Source: Zygnema circumcarinatum SAG 698-1b
Taxonomy: Eukaryota > Plantae > Zygnematophyceae
Direction: 5' to 3'
Length of the DNA stretch: 64,000 nucleotides
Assembly (NCBI GenBank): GCA_037447605.1
Contig: CM074805.1
Span: 3,629,361 to 3,693,360 of the forward strand
In this document: positions 61,901 through 64,000 of the stretch, in pieces
Position numbering within the stretch: position 1 is the first letter of the stretch
Layout: each line of letters begins with the position of its first letter
Translations under genes and position numbers: made by a program
Notes under the pieces: generated by a model
The model's input: only the letters and a program-made list of their open reading frames with translations
Told to the model about the DNA's origin: nothing
The model's database searches: none

Positions 61901-62953
61901 TCAGCCAGCGATTACAAAGATAATCGGCTAAATATCCGTTCAAGCCAGGCTCGAGTACAAACGGTTCATGTCTCTGCCGAAGGCCTTCCAACAAAGCGTG
62001 AAAGAAGCTTCAGTAATGTTCACTCTCAGGAGAAGACAAAAGCTGCGCCTATGTTACCTGGTAAGTGACAAGGCTGCCTGGAATCCCCTCGAGTCTCTAA
62101 GGGTGGCTGTTCAATTGCAGCCGTAGTTAGATGAGGATCAGCACTTATGCTTGCTTGGCCCGAGTTCGAAATGACGAAGAACGGAGAAGTCTTACTTTTC
62201 GAATTCCCTTTTCGCACGCTCTTTTCCTGCCTCAGATGCACGTGTCCCAGCTAACTCAAACGGCAGCGCGGAGCCTTCTCTCAGTCATCCTGAAAAAAAG
62301 TAAGATACGTATCCAGCATTTCGTTCTGTCAAGCTTTAAATGCTGGTGGTGACGTGTCTCATGTTGCATTTTCTCAGAGACTTGTCCATGCTAACCTCAA
62401 GCATGTAGAAAACATATATATATGTTTTGCTTTAAAAAAACTGAGAATTTGCAAGTACTGTCAACGATGGCATGCTCGTCAACAATGAAATAGTAATGCT
62501 ATTAAGTTGAATGAATTTCATAGTTGTGCATTTGAGATAGCTCGGGTCTGACGAACTCGCTGTGCGTTTCCAGAGAAAGCGTAGTAACTAGTAACGATCC
62601 TATCCGAAAGCGAAGGGAGAACCGATTTTGGTCCCGAGAAGAGGAGGCAGCTCTAAGAGTGCGCCCTTCCTTTCCTGAGACCTTTTACAGCTCGGGATTT
62701 TTTCGGTTACCGTTGCATGATACACTCGCCTATCAGGCATGGCTACTACTATTTCGAGCATCCCGTGTTGCAGAGATCAGACAATAACCTAATCTATCCT
62801 TTTCTGTGTGATCTTTCATCCTTCCAGGATGGAGTCACGCAGTATGGGACATGTTGGCGTGACATTTTGGAAAGCGCAAGGGATAAATTCAACGATCAAC
62901 GCACTGCAGTGGACTTGAAAGACAAGTGGCGGAATCTCATGAAGAAGCGCTGA
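55989..62953 (+). CDS. TRF-like protein: long disordered region, PHD finger, C-terminal telobox-type Myb domain
   Basis: PHD C4HC3 motif CNVC...CDRCPAMCHMDC...WVCDEC (~60700-60840). Myb domain spliced from ~62590-62658 and 62829-62953: RKRRENRFWSREEEAALR|DGVTQYGTCWRDIL...RTAVDLKDKWRNL. Long exons ~58330-60857 and ~60950-62060. The 5' exons and start are low confidence. Confidence 0.8.
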
Positions 62954-63643
62954 GTTCCAACCGGTACGACAACAACCATACGTGGGGCTGTGTGAATTCA
63001 TGCTCGACAGATATAGCAGCTTTGGCATGCCCATCATTCACATTAAACGCCACTGTTGCTCGCTCTATCTACTATTTTTGGTGCCACCATACAAAAACCG
63101 TAGAATATTACATTTCCGTTCCAAAACCGCAGATTCCAACTCTATCATGCCAATCACGAAAGTAGGTCAGATGGTTCAAGGTCAAGACTCTCACAAACAT
63201 CATCATCACTTCGCTCACTTCATTGGAAATCTTCAGAAAACGCTAATTATTGCCCAAAAGAATTTTGTTGAATGATACAAAAATCTCAATTTGTTTGACA
63301 CTTGTATTGACGCCAACGCTGCATGCCTACAACCCTGTTTGACCGTTCGGCCATGCCAAGTCCTCGCTACAAAATTGCTTTTGCATTTGCAATACCCCTA
63401 TCTAGTTTTCCTCAGAACCTCTTCAAGGGCATACGCCAAATGAATGGTTGTCCAATTCCCGTGGTGCTGCGCACCGTCCCTAACAGCGGGAGGCGCACAC
63501 CTCTCGAAAGCTGCAGTTACGTTACCTTTTTTATTCTATACTCGAGCTCTTTCCTCATTTGAGGCCGTTTTGTGAGAAACCTCATCCATAAAATGCACAG
63601 AGAAAGGAAAGCCCGAGGCAAAAAAACAGAGCTGCTTGAAAAC

Positions 63644-63830
63644 TCAGCTGCTGGCCACTCCTTGCTGCTGCTCACTCGTCCTCCTCTGCCTCTCCTTCCT
63701 TGTGGGAAAGATGTACAGAGCGTCGTAGTCGTGACTGGGAAGGGCCGCCTGGTACTCAAACTTGTAGTTGTCCACCGCCATGCGGACCACCTCTTCCCGA
63801 GGGGGGTAGTGGAGGCTTTTGCGAGCTTCC
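63644..63830 (-). CDS. Probable terminal exon of a gene continuing beyond the window
   Basis: Acceptor ctggacag| then EARKSLHYPPREEVVRMAVDNYKFEYQAALPSHDYDALYIFPTRKERQRR...SS*, with GC3-rich codons. Family not recognised. Confidence 0.45.
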
Positions 63831-64000
63831 CTGTCCAGAGATACGGTTCAGGCAATGAGTCGTACCGTCTGCACGTCGTCACCTCAAAAAGGAGGACGAA
63901 AATTCCCCCAAAAAGAAGGAAAAGAAAAACGAGCCCCAGGGAGAGGACCATTGAGAACCTACAAGGAAGCACCTGTGGCTTACCTCATAAAGAAGGCGGT

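Noticed and set aside
11504-62953. Functional clustering of the telomeric array with the telobox-Myb gene
   Set aside because: They are about 50 kb apart with unrelated genes between; proximity alone is not evidence of linkage.
1-64000. tRNA, rRNA, snRNA genes or an endogenous giant-virus segment
   Set aside because: No recognisable structural RNA signatures or viral hallmark genes; all host genes are intron-rich.

Overview
Eukaryotic, GT-AG spliced genomic DNA with several 10-N scaffold gaps. The proteins resemble land-plant families (AHK1, SPIKE1, NIPA/ILP1, TRF-like), so the source is probably a streptophyte, most likely an alga; the species cannot be determined from sequence alone. Six multi-exon genes are supported: a C3HC/NIPA-type zinc-finger gene (+), an AHK1-like hybrid histidine kinase (-), a very large low-complexity protein (+), an uncharacterised-domain plus 2x ZZ-finger protein (-), a divergent SPK1/DOCK-like protein (-) and a PHD plus telobox-Myb protein (+). 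The last exon of a further gene lies at the right edge. Mobile DNA is abundant: two Ty3/Gypsy copies (TGTAGC...GCTACA ends, 4-bp TSDs), a hAT-type MITE, four copies of a Tc1/mariner-type MITE, and a long-TIR foldback element. Best leads: (1) the uncharacterised enzyme-like domain fused to two ZZ fingers; (2) a 1.4-kb (TTAGGG)n array filling the intron that splits the kinase H-box and probably supplying its branch point; (3) kinase exons that become GC3-saturated just downstream of C-rich repeat introns; (4) a DOCK paralogue apparently lacking its catalytic sensor loop and N-terminal half; (5) Gypsy elements with no polypurine tract but a hairpin at the 3' LTR junction; (6) a 311-bp-arm palindrome with a MITE at its exact centre. 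Family assignments come from motif recognition and remembered sequences, not database searches.
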